DNA from: Lacisediminihabitans sp.
GTDB taxonomy: Bacteria; Actinomycetota; Actinomycetes; Actinomycetales; Microbacteriaceae
Length of the DNA stretch: 64,000 nt
Direction: 5' to 3'
NCBI RefSeq assembly: GCF_043726815.1
Contig: NZ_JAYSJZ010000103.1
Span: forward strand, 9,870-73,869
Part shown: positions 45,333-54,724 of the stretch, one piece after another
How the letters are laid out: every line of letters starts with the position of its first letter
How positions within the stretch are numbered: the stretch's first letter is position 1
Position numbers and translations under genes: made by a program
The notes under the pieces: generated by a model
The model's database searches: none
What the model saw: only the letters and a program-made list of their open reading frames with translations
What the model was told of the DNA's origin: nothing

Positions 45333-46553
45333 TCATGATCCCCAGATCGCGTCAAGGATCTTCATCCGCATCGCCCTCACCGCGGGGATCAACACCGAAA
45401 CGACGGCAACGGCGACGAGCACGGCGAGGTTCCTGGCGGCCTCCTGGGCATCCAGAACGAGGGTGACCGGTCCGTTGGGAAACTGAAACGGGTGGTTTTG
45501 CACGAACGGTGTGAGGGCGAAAACGAACACCGCCAGGCCGACCAGGGTGCCGACTATCGCGTTCACGACGGTCTTGATCACGTAGCTGCCGACCATCGCC
45601 GTGGCGGTGATCCCGATGGCCCGCTCGATGCCGATCTGCCTCCGCCGATTGACGAGATCGACATAGGTGATGATGAACACGGTGATGGCGGCGACGGGCA
45701 GAGACATCGCTCTCATGATGTTGTTGATGAGGTCGAAGGTGTCGATCTGGTCCTGGATGGCCGCCGTCAGTTGCTCGGGAGTCTGGAGGTTCAGCCCGTC
45801 TCGCAGCGGGTCGAGGCGGGACTTCAGCTCGACGGAGGAGACCCCGGCGTCGGCCTTCACGTAGATCGCCGTCGCCCGATCGGCGACTCTCGGCAGGATC
45901 GCCGCCGCCGCGGCATCGGTGATGAACGCTCCCTGGTCCGAGAGTGGGAATCGGTTCTGGTAGATGCCCCGCACGATGAATGGGCGGGTCACCCCGCCCG
46001 TGAGGGTGACGGTCACCGTGTCGCCGGCGTGCACGGTCTTGAGCGAGCGGGAGTAGGTGCGCTCGCGGGTCCTGTCGGCGCCCGCGACATCCACTCCGAG
46101 GACGATGCCCGTGGTGTCGGTGCCGCGGAGGAATGATCCCTCGATGAGGTGGTCGGGAGTCGTGAAGACACGGCGGTAGCGAGCCGGATCGATGGCGTCG
46201 ACCGACCACGCGTTCGACTCGCTGCCATGGCTGATCTGGGTCCCCACGCGCGTCGTGGCGGTCGCCGCCCGCACTCCCTTCGTCCCCTCGATCTCAGCGA
46301 GCAGTGCCTCCCGATTGTCGATGGTGCCGGATCCCGCGGATGCCGTGATCACGAGGTCGCTCGTGACGGTGTTGATCACCTGGCCGTCGATGGTGCGCAC
46401 CGCGCCCCGGATGAGCGCCGGCAGGAAGAGCACGTCGACGAAGATGAGGGCCATCAGCAGGATCGTCATGGCGGTGACGCCGAAATTGCCGCGCACGAGC
46501 CCCTTGAACGCCAGGAAGAAGGCGACCCTGAGGGAGCGTCCCAGCCGCATCAT
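45333..46553 (-). CDS. ABC transporter permease, FtsX/MacB-like
   Basis: 406 aa with an N-terminal TM, a large extracytoplasmic domain and a C-terminal 3-TM FtsX module. Its start overlaps the ATPase stop. Confidence 0.85.
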   Translation of the reverse strand: MMRLGRSLRVAFFLAFKGLVRGNFGVTAMTILLMALIFVDVLFLPALIRGAVRTIDGQVINTVTSDLVITASAGSGTIDNREALLAEIEGTKGVRAATATTRVGTQISHGSESNAWSVDAIDPARYRRVFTTPDHLIEGSFLRGTDTTGIVLGVDVAGADRTRERTYSRSLKTVHAGDTVTVTLTGGVTRPFIVRGIYQNRFPLSDQGAFITDAAAAAILPRVADRATAIYVKADAGVSSVELKSRLDPLRDGLNLQTPEQLTAAIQDQIDTFDLINNIMRAMSLPVAAITVFIITYVDLVNRRRQIGIERAIGITATAMVGSYVIKTVVNAIVGTLVGLAVFVFALTPFVQNHPFQFPNGPVTLVLDAQEAARNLAVLVAVAVVSVLIPAVRAMRMKILDAIWGS

Positions 46554-47233
46554 CCGGCGGCCTCCGGCTCGTCCACGAGCTCGCCGTCACGCAGGTGGAT
46601 CGTGCGCGAGGCGTACCGGCCGTCGTCCGGATCGTGGGACACAAAGAGGATGGTGACGCCCAATTCGGCGTTCAGACGAGTGAGGGTCTGCATCACCCCC
46701 TGGCCGGAGACGGAGTCGAGGTTCGCCGTCGGCTCGTCGGCGTAGATCGCGGATGGCTCGTTCACGAGGGCTCTCGCGATGGCCACGCGTTGCTGTTCGC
46801 CGCCGGACAACTCCTTGGGACGGTGCGCGACCCGCGCGCCGAGACCGACGAGTTCGAGCAGACCGCGCGCCCGAGACCGATACTGCCCGGCGTTCCTCCC
46901 GCGCATCATCGCGGGCAGAAACACGTTCTCCTCGGCCGTGAGCTCCGGGATGAGCGCATACTCCTGGAACACGTAGCCCAGACGGCCGAGACGAAGTTCC
47001 GATCTGCGCCGCTCGGAGAGGGACACGACATCGACTCCGTCGAACACCACCCGTCCGGCGGTCGGCTTGTCGATCAGGCTGAGCTGGCGCAGGAGCGTGC
47101 TCTTGCCCGATCCGCTTCGACCGTTGATGCACACCATCTCACCGTCGTCCACGGCGAACGAGACGTCTCGCAGGGCGGTCACCTTCACCGTGCCGAGGGT
47201 GTAGACCTTCGAGACGTTCTCGACTCGGATCAT
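46550..47233 (-). CDS. ABC transporter ATP-binding protein (MacB/LolD-like)
   Basis: Walker A GRSGSGKST, signature LSGGEQQR, Walker B IYADEPT, and H-loop VSHD. Confidence 0.92.
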   Translation of the reverse strand: MIRVENVSKVYTLGTVKVTALRDVSFAVDDGEMVCINGRSGSGKSTLLRQLSLIDKPTAGRVVFDGVDVVSLSERRRSELRLGRLGYVFQEYALIPELTAEENVFLPAMMRGRNAGQYRSRARGLLELVGLGARVAHRPKELSGGEQQRVAIARALVNEPSAIYADEPTANLDSVSGQGVMQTLTRLNAELGVTILFVSHDPDDGRYASRTIHLRDGELVDEPEAAG

Positions 47234-47367
47234 GCCTCATCCCCTCGCGCCGACCGCGGCGGGGTCACTGAGCGACGCCCGATGCCCCTAGGTTACGAAC
47301 GCGCGGTGCCCGACGCCCAGAGCCGAAAGTCCCCGCCGGGTGGCACGAGCGAGTCGCCAGACCGGGA

Positions 47368-48867
47368 CTAGTCGCCCTCCACCACGGGAATGCTGCCCGT
47401 CAGCTCGTCTGGCAGCTCGAGGGGCCGTCGGCTGAAGTACCTGCTGCCCTTGCGCCAGAACACGATGATGGGCACGACGCCCAGGGCGAGAGCGCCGAGA
47501 CCGATGACAATGACGATCGTGGGCAACGAAGGGATCGACACCGCGAAGATCCAGGTCATGAAGATGGCGCCGATGGCGGGCCACAGTCCGATGAAGATGA
47601 AGTTCTTCACCGACTTGAAGATCACATTGCGGTAGGCGACGACAACCGCGATTCCGGCCAGCGCATAGTAGAAGGCGATCTGAAGCCCGATGGAGCTGAT
47701 GGCGTCGCTGAGAATCGTGCCGACACTGCCCAGGAAGTTCGAGCCGATGAACAGCACGACCGACACCCCCGTGACCACGACGGTGGCGAACGCCGGTGTG
47801 CGCCACTTCTTGTGGGAGCGACCGAATGCCTTAGGGATCGTGTGGTCGCGTCCCATGGCGAACAGGGTGCGGGTGACCTGGATGAGCGTCGTCTCCAGGG
47901 TCGCGATTGTCGAGAGCATCACGGCGAGGATGAGCAGCTTGCCCCCGATGCCCGGCCAGATTTCGTCCCCCAGCACGCCGAGCACGTTGCCGCTGTTCGC
48001 CTGGATCGTCTTCGCCGGTAGCACCTCGAGGATCGCCACCGTGAAGACCTCGAAGAGCAGGAAGACGATGATCACGCCGACGATGCCGCCGACCCCCGAA
48101 CTCTTGTGTCCGTTCTTGGTTTCCTCGCCCAGGTTGGAACTCACGTCCCAGCCCCAGTAGTAGAACGCGGCGATCAGGGCAGCCGCCACGAACGCCCCCG
48201 TGCCCTGAAAGTGGCTGAACCCGAGCCAGCTCCAGGAAAAGGACGGACCGGCGTGTGAGCCCGTTGCGGCGTGAACGATCGCGACCACGGCGAAGATCGC
48301 AAGAATCGCCACCTCGACCGTGGACATGATCCACTGCGCCCTGGCCGTGATCCGAACCCCGACCAGCACACACGCGGCCATGATCAGGAACCAGATCGCG
48401 CCGACCCCGGTCACCAGGGGAACGTTGCCCGTGCTCTCCGGGCTGAACAGGGAGACGGTCGCCGCGCCGGCGGGCAGGGCACCGGCGACCATGAAGATCG
48501 TCGCGGACACCACGACCGCCCAGCCGGAGAGAAAGCCGAGAATCGGATGCAACGCGCGGCCCACCCACGAATACGCCGCGCCGGCGTGCACGTCCGCCCT
48601 GCCCAGATAGGCGAACGCCCAGGCGATGCCGAGCATCGGCAGCCCGCACCAGAGCAGCGCAGCCGGGCTGGCGAGCCCGGCGGCCGCGACGAGGGCGGCG
48701 GCGGTGGCTGCGATCGAGTATGCCGGAGCGCTGCCCGCGACTGCCATCACTATCGAGCCCGCAGCGGAAACCCCGTCGGCCAGAAGGGTGTGCTCCGGTT
48801 CGGTCACCTGGGTCGGGCCATTGTTCGTCATGTGTTTCTCCGTCACGTCGTCGGGATTGAGATCCAT
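47368..48867 (-). CDS. APC-superfamily amino acid/polyamine permease
   Basis: 499 aa with ~12 TM and GSAPAYSIAA near the N-terminus. The start could be the internal ATG (MTNNG). Confidence 0.85.
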   Translation of the reverse strand: MDLNPDDVTEKHMTNNGPTQVTEPEHTLLADGVSAAGSIVMAVAGSAPAYSIAATAAALVAAAGLASPAALLWCGLPMLGIAWAFAYLGRADVHAGAAYSWVGRALHPILGFLSGWAVVVSATIFMVAGALPAGAATVSLFSPESTGNVPLVTGVGAIWFLIMAACVLVGVRITARAQWIMSTVEVAILAIFAVVAIVHAATGSHAGPSFSWSWLGFSHFQGTGAFVAAALIAAFYYWGWDVSSNLGEETKNGHKSSGVGGIVGVIIVFLLFEVFTVAILEVLPAKTIQANSGNVLGVLGDEIWPGIGGKLLILAVMLSTIATLETTLIQVTRTLFAMGRDHTIPKAFGRSHKKWRTPAFATVVVTGVSVVLFIGSNFLGSVGTILSDAISSIGLQIAFYYALAGIAVVVAYRNVIFKSVKNFIFIGLWPAIGAIFMTWIFAVSIPSLPTIVIVIGLGALALGVVPIIVFWRKGSRYFSRRPLELPDELTGSIPVVEGD

Positions 48868-48980
48868 CGAGAAGAGACGCTAGCAGTCGGAATGCGCCAT
48901 GACGAGGACGTTCGGCCCCCAACGGGCAAGCCTGTGAGGGCTCTCAGAAAGGAGTCGGGTGTGGGCAGAAGGCCCAGCAT

Positions 48981-50351
48981 TCACTGGGTCTGATGCGCGA
49001 TCGCCACCGGTTCGAGCCCCCACCGCGGGTAGAGCAGCGGCAACGCCATCGGCAGGCCGTAGACGATGGCGTCCGACCGGTGGCCGACCCCCTGTCCGAC
49101 GAATCGCGCGGTCGTCATCCCGGCGGCCTTCGCCGCCGCCTCGGCCGTCGCGCCCTCGGGCCCGTAGTAGGAGTCGGCCGACCCGTCGGTGAACACCGCA
49201 AGAGTGTCGGTGTAGCGGTTCGCCTTCATGATGGTGAGCGGCTGTTCCGCGGTGTAGGCCGCCGCATCGCCGCCGAAGCCCAGGCGGATCGTCGTGGCCA
49301 CACTGCCGAGCGACGGACCGATCTCGCCGGAGATGTCGACGATCGATCCGAAGACGTCGGGATGCTTTGCCCCGAACGAGAGCGCGCACTCGCCCCCGTT
49401 GGAGTAGCCGCCGACAGCCCAATTCACTCGACCGGTCGCCACATGGAGGGTCGAGCGCACGTAGTCCACCACGTCGGTCATGACATAGGTGTGCACCCTT
49501 CCCGCCGGAGAATCGATACACAACGGATTCTTGGTGGGGCTGCCGATCTGGTCGACGGTGAGTACGATCGGGCCGAGTCCGCGGTGGGCGGCGGCGAACT
49601 GGTTGAGGGTCGGGAGATAACGGGTGCTGCTGTCCGGGCCGCCGGGTTGGCCCATCATCAGGATGAGGACGGGCAGCGGCGGGGGATTGGCGACGAGGGC
49701 CGCGGGCGGAAGGTAGAGGTAGGCCGGACGGGCGGCGAATCCGGAGGCGGTGGCCGGGATCACCACCGTGCCCATCTTGCCCACGGCGGGCATGTCGGCC
49801 GGCGCGTGCCAGATCTGCCAGAGGGGTTTCGGCGGACCGGGGGTCGCGGATGCCCGCGGCGTAGGTACCGGCCTGGGCACCGCGAGGGCGGGAGCCGTCT
49901 GCACCCCGAGCAGGGATGCGAGAGTCGGGTTGAGCCCGTAGCCCGCGTTGATTCCCACGGCGGCCGTCACCACGAACAGGGCGATCGAGGCGGCCGCGAT
50001 CACCTTCCGCCACCATCGGCCCCTGCCGAGGTTCACGACGGCGACACCTATCCCAGCGAATGCGCAGACCACCCACGCACGCGTGTCCGGGTCGAGCGGC
50101 AGTCCGAAGACGTTGAAGACGACCTCGGTGAGCACGAGCACGAGCACCCCGACCGCCGCGCCACCGGACGCCCCGATGGCCACGATGATGGCCCAGCGAC
50201 GCACCGGGTGGGCCCGGGGAACCCTCTGCCCGAGGGGAATCGCCCGCGACACCCGGCGAAACACCAGATACGCCAGGGCGAGCAGGCTCGCCACGACGAA
50301 GCCGAGGACGACTGGTCCGTCGATGATGTTGATGTCGAGAAACGACCCCAT
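48981..50351 (-). CDS. Membrane-anchored esterase-family (PF00756-like) alpha/beta hydrolase, paralog A
   Basis: Four N-terminal TM segments, a Pro-rich linker, and an esterase domain with nucleophile elbow GGYSNGG. Confidence 0.8.
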   Translation of the reverse strand: MGSFLDINIIDGPVVLGFVVASLLALAYLVFRRVSRAIPLGQRVPRAHPVRRWAIIVAIGASGGAAVGVLVLVLTEVVFNVFGLPLDPDTRAWVVCAFAGIGVAVVNLGRGRWWRKVIAAASIALFVVTAAVGINAGYGLNPTLASLLGVQTAPALAVPRPVPTPRASATPGPPKPLWQIWHAPADMPAVGKMGTVVIPATASGFAARPAYLYLPPAALVANPPPLPVLILMMGQPGGPDSSTRYLPTLNQFAAAHRGLGPIVLTVDQIGSPTKNPLCIDSPAGRVHTYVMTDVVDYVRSTLHVATGRVNWAVGGYSNGGECALSFGAKHPDVFGSIVDISGEIGPSLGSVATTIRLGFGGDAAAYTAEQPLTIMKANRYTDTLAVFTDGSADSYYGPEGATAEAAAKAAGMTTARFVGQGVGHRSDAIVYGLPMALPLLYPRWGLEPVAIAHQTQ

Positions 50352-50525
50352 TCGAGAGAATTGTCCTTCGTTCGGCCCTGGAGATTCGGGTTGAATTATC
50401 CGTCCCCGAGGCGAGCGCGCGAGAATTGACCCGCGTCCGCACAGTATTTTCTCAGCGGCTGCCCCCGATATGCACGTGGGCCGCTTGACGGCACCGACCG
50501 CCCGAGCTGGGCCTGACTGCGTGCC

Positions 50526-51689
50526 TTACAGCCCCAGATCCCGCGCGATGAGCATGAGCTGCACCTCGGTGGTGCCCTCGCCGATCTCGAGGATCTTGCT
50601 GTCCCGATAGTGCCGGGCCACGAGGTAGTCGTTCATGAAGCCGTAGCCGCCATGGATCTGGGTGGCGTCCCGCGCGTTGTCCATCGCGGCCTCCGAGCCG
50701 ACGAGCTTGGCGATCGACGCTTGCTTCTTGAAGGGCTTGCCGGCGAGCATGAGCGCGGCCGCGTCGTAGTAGGCGGTTCTGGCGACGTGCGCACGCGCCT
50801 CCATCCTCGCAATCTTGAAGGCGATGCCCTGGTTGGCCCCGATGGGGCGACCGAACGCCTCGCGTTGCTTCGCATATCTCACGCTCTCGTCCACGCAGCC
50901 CTGCGCGGCCCCCACGCTCAGCGCGGCGATGGCGATTCGTCCCTCGTCGAGCACCTGCAGGAAGTTGGCATAGCCGCGGCCACGTTCGCCGAGCAGGTTG
51001 GCCTCGGGCACTCTCGCGTCGACGAAGCTGAGCGGATGCGTGTCTGACGCGTTCCAGCCCAGCTTGTTGTACGCCGGCTCGGCCGTGAATCCCGGGGTCG
51101 ATGTCGGCACGAGAAGCGTCGAGATCTCCTTCTTGCCCCGCGCGTCGACGCCGGTGACGGCCGTGACGGTCACGAGCTTCGAGATCGTGGTTCCCGAGTT
51201 GGTGATGAACTGCTTGTTGCCGTTGATCACCCAGTCGCCGCCCTCGAGCTCCGCGCGGGTCCGCGTGCCACCGGCGTCGCTCCCCGCATCTGGCTCGGTG
51301 AGGCCGAAGGCCGCGAGGGCCTCGCCGCTGGTGAGCTGAGGAAGCCACTCTTCCTTCTGCTCGTCGGTGCCGAATCGGAAGATGGGCATGGCGCCGAGCG
51401 ACACTCCGGCCTCGAGGGTGATCGCTACGCTCTGGTCGACCTTGGCGAGTTCCTCGAGCGCGAGGCACAGCGCGAAGTAGTCACCATCCATCCCGCCGAA
51501 CTCCTCGGGGAAGGGCAGCCCGAACAGCCCCATCTCGGCCATTCCGGCGACAACCTCATACGGGAAGCTGTGCTCCTCGTCGTGCTGCGCCGAGACGGGC
51601 GCGACCACGGTTCTCGCGAAGTCCGCGACGCTATCGATCAGTTGCTGGTACTCGTCGGGAAGATTCCCCGTCGTCAGGCCTTCGGTCAT
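50526..51689 (-). CDS. Acyl-CoA dehydrogenase
   Basis: 387 aa with FGLTEPDAGSD, NGNKQFITNSG and C-terminal ILEIGEGTTEVQ. Confidence 0.92.
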   Translation of the reverse strand: MTEGLTTGNLPDEYQQLIDSVADFARTVVAPVSAQHDEEHSFPYEVVAGMAEMGLFGLPFPEEFGGMDGDYFALCLALEELAKVDQSVAITLEAGVSLGAMPIFRFGTDEQKEEWLPQLTSGEALAAFGLTEPDAGSDAGGTRTRAELEGGDWVINGNKQFITNSGTTISKLVTVTAVTGVDARGKKEISTLLVPTSTPGFTAEPAYNKLGWNASDTHPLSFVDARVPEANLLGERGRGYANFLQVLDEGRIAIAALSVGAAQGCVDESVRYAKQREAFGRPIGANQGIAFKIARMEARAHVARTAYYDAAALMLAGKPFKKQASIAKLVGSEAAMDNARDATQIHGGYGFMNDYLVARHYRDSKILEIGEGTTEVQLMLIARDLGL

Positions 51690-51837
51690 CGTCGACCTCT
51701 CGTGAATGTGTCTCTCGTGGGACTTCAGTTAGGAAGTGTTAACTGTGATGCAAGGTTAGCAACCATTAACTGAAAAGCCCAGCAGGTCGCGACGACCAGT
51801 CCGGCGCGGGTGGGGCGATCGACCAGGATCGGGGGAA

Positions 51838-52974
51838 TCAGCGCCGGGCGTCGAGGGCGAAGGCCCGGGGCGCCGAAGAGACACCATCCGCAAGATCGGC
51901 GAGGATCCGGCCGACCGTCGGCGTGAACTTGAACCCGTGGCCGGAGAACCCGGCGCCGACAATGACCGGGCCGACGGCATCCAGCACGAAGTTCGAGTCG
52001 GGGCTCGTCGTGTAGGTGCAGCTGATCGGCACGAAGTCCTGCGGATCGACCCCGGGGAGCCACTCGCGCGCGTAGCGCTGCAGTTCGGCGAGCTGCACCG
52101 GCTCCGGCGAGAAGGTGCGGGAATCCGGATCCGTTCGTGGACCGACCCCGTGCCATCCGGCCTTCACGCCCTGTCCGGGAGTGAACATGCCGTAGACCGG
52201 AGAGGGCCAGAAGCCGTAGTCGGCGTCATCGGTGTCCGGAGCGTGGTTGAACCCCGGCCAGGCGACGGTGTCGTCCAGCACGCGGAAGTGGGCCGGCTGC
52301 TCCTGGGTGACCACAAGCCGCGGGAGGGGAACGATGCCGGTGAGCAGCTTCGTGGTCCAGGCACCGACCGTGATGACGACGCGGCGGGCGACGATGGTCT
52401 CCACCGCACCGCTGGCGGTGTTCTCCACCCGGAGACGCACCTCGTCGTCACCCAGCACCTCGAGGCCGAGCACCCGGCGGCCATGCACCACCTCGGCACC
52501 GTGATCGACGGCGGATCTCTGGAGCGCGGCGACCGCCCGATCGGCATGGAGCCGTCCGGCCTCGCGGTTATAGAGCACCTCACGGTCGAAGCGGATTCCC
52601 GGCCAGCGTCGCCCGGCCTCCGCGGGCGGCAAGAACTCGGCGGGGATTCCGGCGCCGTCGAGCGCCCGTTTCACCTCGGCGAAGGCCGGATTCGCGCCGT
52701 GGTTGACGATTCCGACGAGATCGAGCAGCCCGTGGCCGGTCTCCTGCTCGAGCTCTCGCCACGCGGGGAGGGCCTCGGCGAGCATGGCGACATAGGTCGG
52801 ATCCGCGTAGGACACGTTGAAGTTGCGGGATGCCCCGTGCGAGGCTCCGTTCACGTGACCGGGCTCGAAGCGCTCGAGCAGCGTGACCTGCCGGCCACGG
52901 CGGGCCAGCGCCCGGGCGGCGGCAGAGCCCATGGCGCCGCCGCCGACGACCACGACATCCGCGGAGTACGGCAT
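51838..52974 (-). CDS. FAD-dependent oxidoreductase, monomeric sarcosine oxidase / N-methyltryptophan oxidase-like
   Basis: The dinucleotide fold is DVVVVGGGAMGSAAA. The C-terminal SCTYTTSPD...GAGFSGHGFKF matches the covalent-FAD Cys region of the MSOX family. Confidence 0.85.
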   Translation of the reverse strand: MPYSADVVVVGGGAMGSAAARALARRGRQVTLLERFEPGHVNGASHGASRNFNVSYADPTYVAMLAEALPAWRELEQETGHGLLDLVGIVNHGANPAFAEVKRALDGAGIPAEFLPPAEAGRRWPGIRFDREVLYNREAGRLHADRAVAALQRSAVDHGAEVVHGRRVLGLEVLGDDEVRLRVENTASGAVETIVARRVVITVGAWTTKLLTGIVPLPRLVVTQEQPAHFRVLDDTVAWPGFNHAPDTDDADYGFWPSPVYGMFTPGQGVKAGWHGVGPRTDPDSRTFSPEPVQLAELQRYAREWLPGVDPQDFVPISCTYTTSPDSNFVLDAVGPVIVGAGFSGHGFKFTPTVGRILADLADGVSSAPRAFALDARR

Positions 52975-53060
52975 CCCTTAGGCCTGCCGTCCGGTGAGTG
53001 CCGCGACGGCGGTGCTGGGGGAGACGGGGGACATCGTGGCCTTTCTCGTGGTTCGAGTAC

Positions 53061-54515
53061 CTAGCGGTCGCGGAGCACCCGTGAGCGCGAGTCCCCGAAC
53101 GTGGCCAGCCCCAGGGTGTTGGCGGGACGGGGCAGGCCGAGGATTTCCCGGAGGGTCGCCCCAGCATAGTTCTCGGGAAAGACGCCACGGCGCTTGAGCT
53201 CGGGGATGACGAGGGCGGTGAAGGCCTCGAACTGCCCACCGAGGAAGGGGGAGAGGATGGTGAACCCGTCTGTCGCCGAGGCGAGAAACCAGGCCTCCAG
53301 ATAGTCGGCGACGTCGGTTCCCGAGCCGACGAGCACCGGAGCACTCACGGCGTGAGCCACGAGCAGGTGCCGGTAGGTCACCGGGCGATACCCTCCGACC
53401 GTGCGGCCGGAGCGCGAGGTCACCAGAGCGACGACCCCGGCGCCGAGCGGGCTGAACCGCGCGGCGGTCGTGAGAGGAACGGCCTCGTCGATGATCACCC
53501 CGTTGAGGGACACCCCGAGCAAGCTGGACAGACGGCGGATCGTGCGGTTCGAGGGGAGGGCAACTCCCGCATCCACTCCGGCGGCCGTCTCCACCGGCAC
53601 CAGGTCCACCAGGTCGTCGTAGACCCTCCAGGCCTCCTCCCGCGTCGCAGCGACGATGGGGAGGATCGGCGTGACCAGCAGGAACTGATCCGGGTCGCGC
53701 CCGAGATCCCGCGCCTGCTCCTTCGTGGCCCGATAGGAGTCGATCGCCTCCGCCAGCGAGTTCGGCGCGAGGAAGGAGATGTCGGCCTGCCGCGCGGCGA
53801 GGGCGCGTGCGCCCGGCGCATTGCCGACCACCGAGACGATCGGATGCCCCTGCGGCGGTCTCACCACGTTCAGCGGGCCGGCTGAGGAGAAGTGCCGCCC
53901 GACGTAGCCGAGAGGGCGCACGGCCCCGTGGCCGATCAGGCGGCCCGTTGCGGCGTCCGCGATGAACGCGTCGTCGTCCCAGCTGTCCCAGAGTCCGCGG
54001 AGGATCTCGATGAACTCGCCGGCCGCCTCGATGCGGTCCTCGTCCGGATGCACACTCGTCCAGCCGAAGTTCGCCGCCGAGCGCGGCTCCGCTCCGCTGG
54101 AGATGGAAAGACCGGCGCGCCCGTGGCTGAGCACGTCGATCGATGCCGATGCGCGGGCCGTCGAATACGGCTCGGAATGGGCCGAACTCACTGTCGCGAT
54201 CAGTCCGATCCGATCGGTGACCGCGGAGAGGTAGCTGATGGCCGCCAGCGGCTCGATGCGTGCGAGCAGGTACGGATCCGTCTGTTCGAATTCCGGCCCG
54301 GTCGCGAGCCAGTCGCCGAAGTAGAGGAAGTGGAGCCCGGCGGCCTCGGCGGTCAGCGCGAGGGAGCGGAGCACGCGGGGGTCGCCCGCCGGGTCCCGGT
54401 GCGCCCCCGGATACCGCCAGCCGGATGGCCAGGCCCCGAGGGTGCGCACCGTGGCACCGATGACCATGGTTCCGCGACGAACCGGAGCATTTCCTCTGCT
54501 GTCAGCCTGACTCAT
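53061..54515 (-). CDS. Luciferase-like (LLM) flavin-dependent monooxygenase, NtaA/DszA-type
   Basis: ~484 aa with a TIM-barrel LLM pattern (FLYFGDW...; SHGRAGLSISSG; GRHFSSAGPLNVVRPPQGHP). The start is uncertain (ATG 54515 has GGAGG immediately adjacent; ATG at MVIG is the alternative). Confidence 0.8.
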   Translation of the reverse strand: MSQADSRGNAPVRRGTMVIGATVRTLGAWPSGWRYPGAHRDPAGDPRVLRSLALTAEAAGLHFLYFGDWLATGPEFEQTDPYLLARIEPLAAISYLSAVTDRIGLIATVSSAHSEPYSTARASASIDVLSHGRAGLSISSGAEPRSAANFGWTSVHPDEDRIEAAGEFIEILRGLWDSWDDDAFIADAATGRLIGHGAVRPLGYVGRHFSSAGPLNVVRPPQGHPIVSVVGNAPGARALAARQADISFLAPNSLAEAIDSYRATKEQARDLGRDPDQFLLVTPILPIVAATREEAWRVYDDLVDLVPVETAAGVDAGVALPSNRTIRRLSSLLGVSLNGVIIDEAVPLTTAARFSPLGAGVVALVTSRSGRTVGGYRPVTYRHLLVAHAVSAPVLVGSGTDVADYLEAWFLASATDGFTILSPFLGGQFEAFTALVIPELKRRGVFPENYAGATLREILGLPRPANTLGLATFGDSRSRVLRDR

Positions 54516-54724
54516 CCTCCGACCGTAGGCACCGGACGGTCGCGCCGCTCGCCGGTGGTCACATTCGGTAAACCACCGACTCACTTCGCAACAGGGCTGG
54601 ACACGACTGCCATCCCATCATTGGGTCTCAAGGACCGACGCACCCGCGAACGGCCGGGCAGCCGCCTGCTCCGGCCGCCCCTCGAGGAGCAAGTGATCGC
54701 CGCCGTCACGGCCATCCGTGGGTT

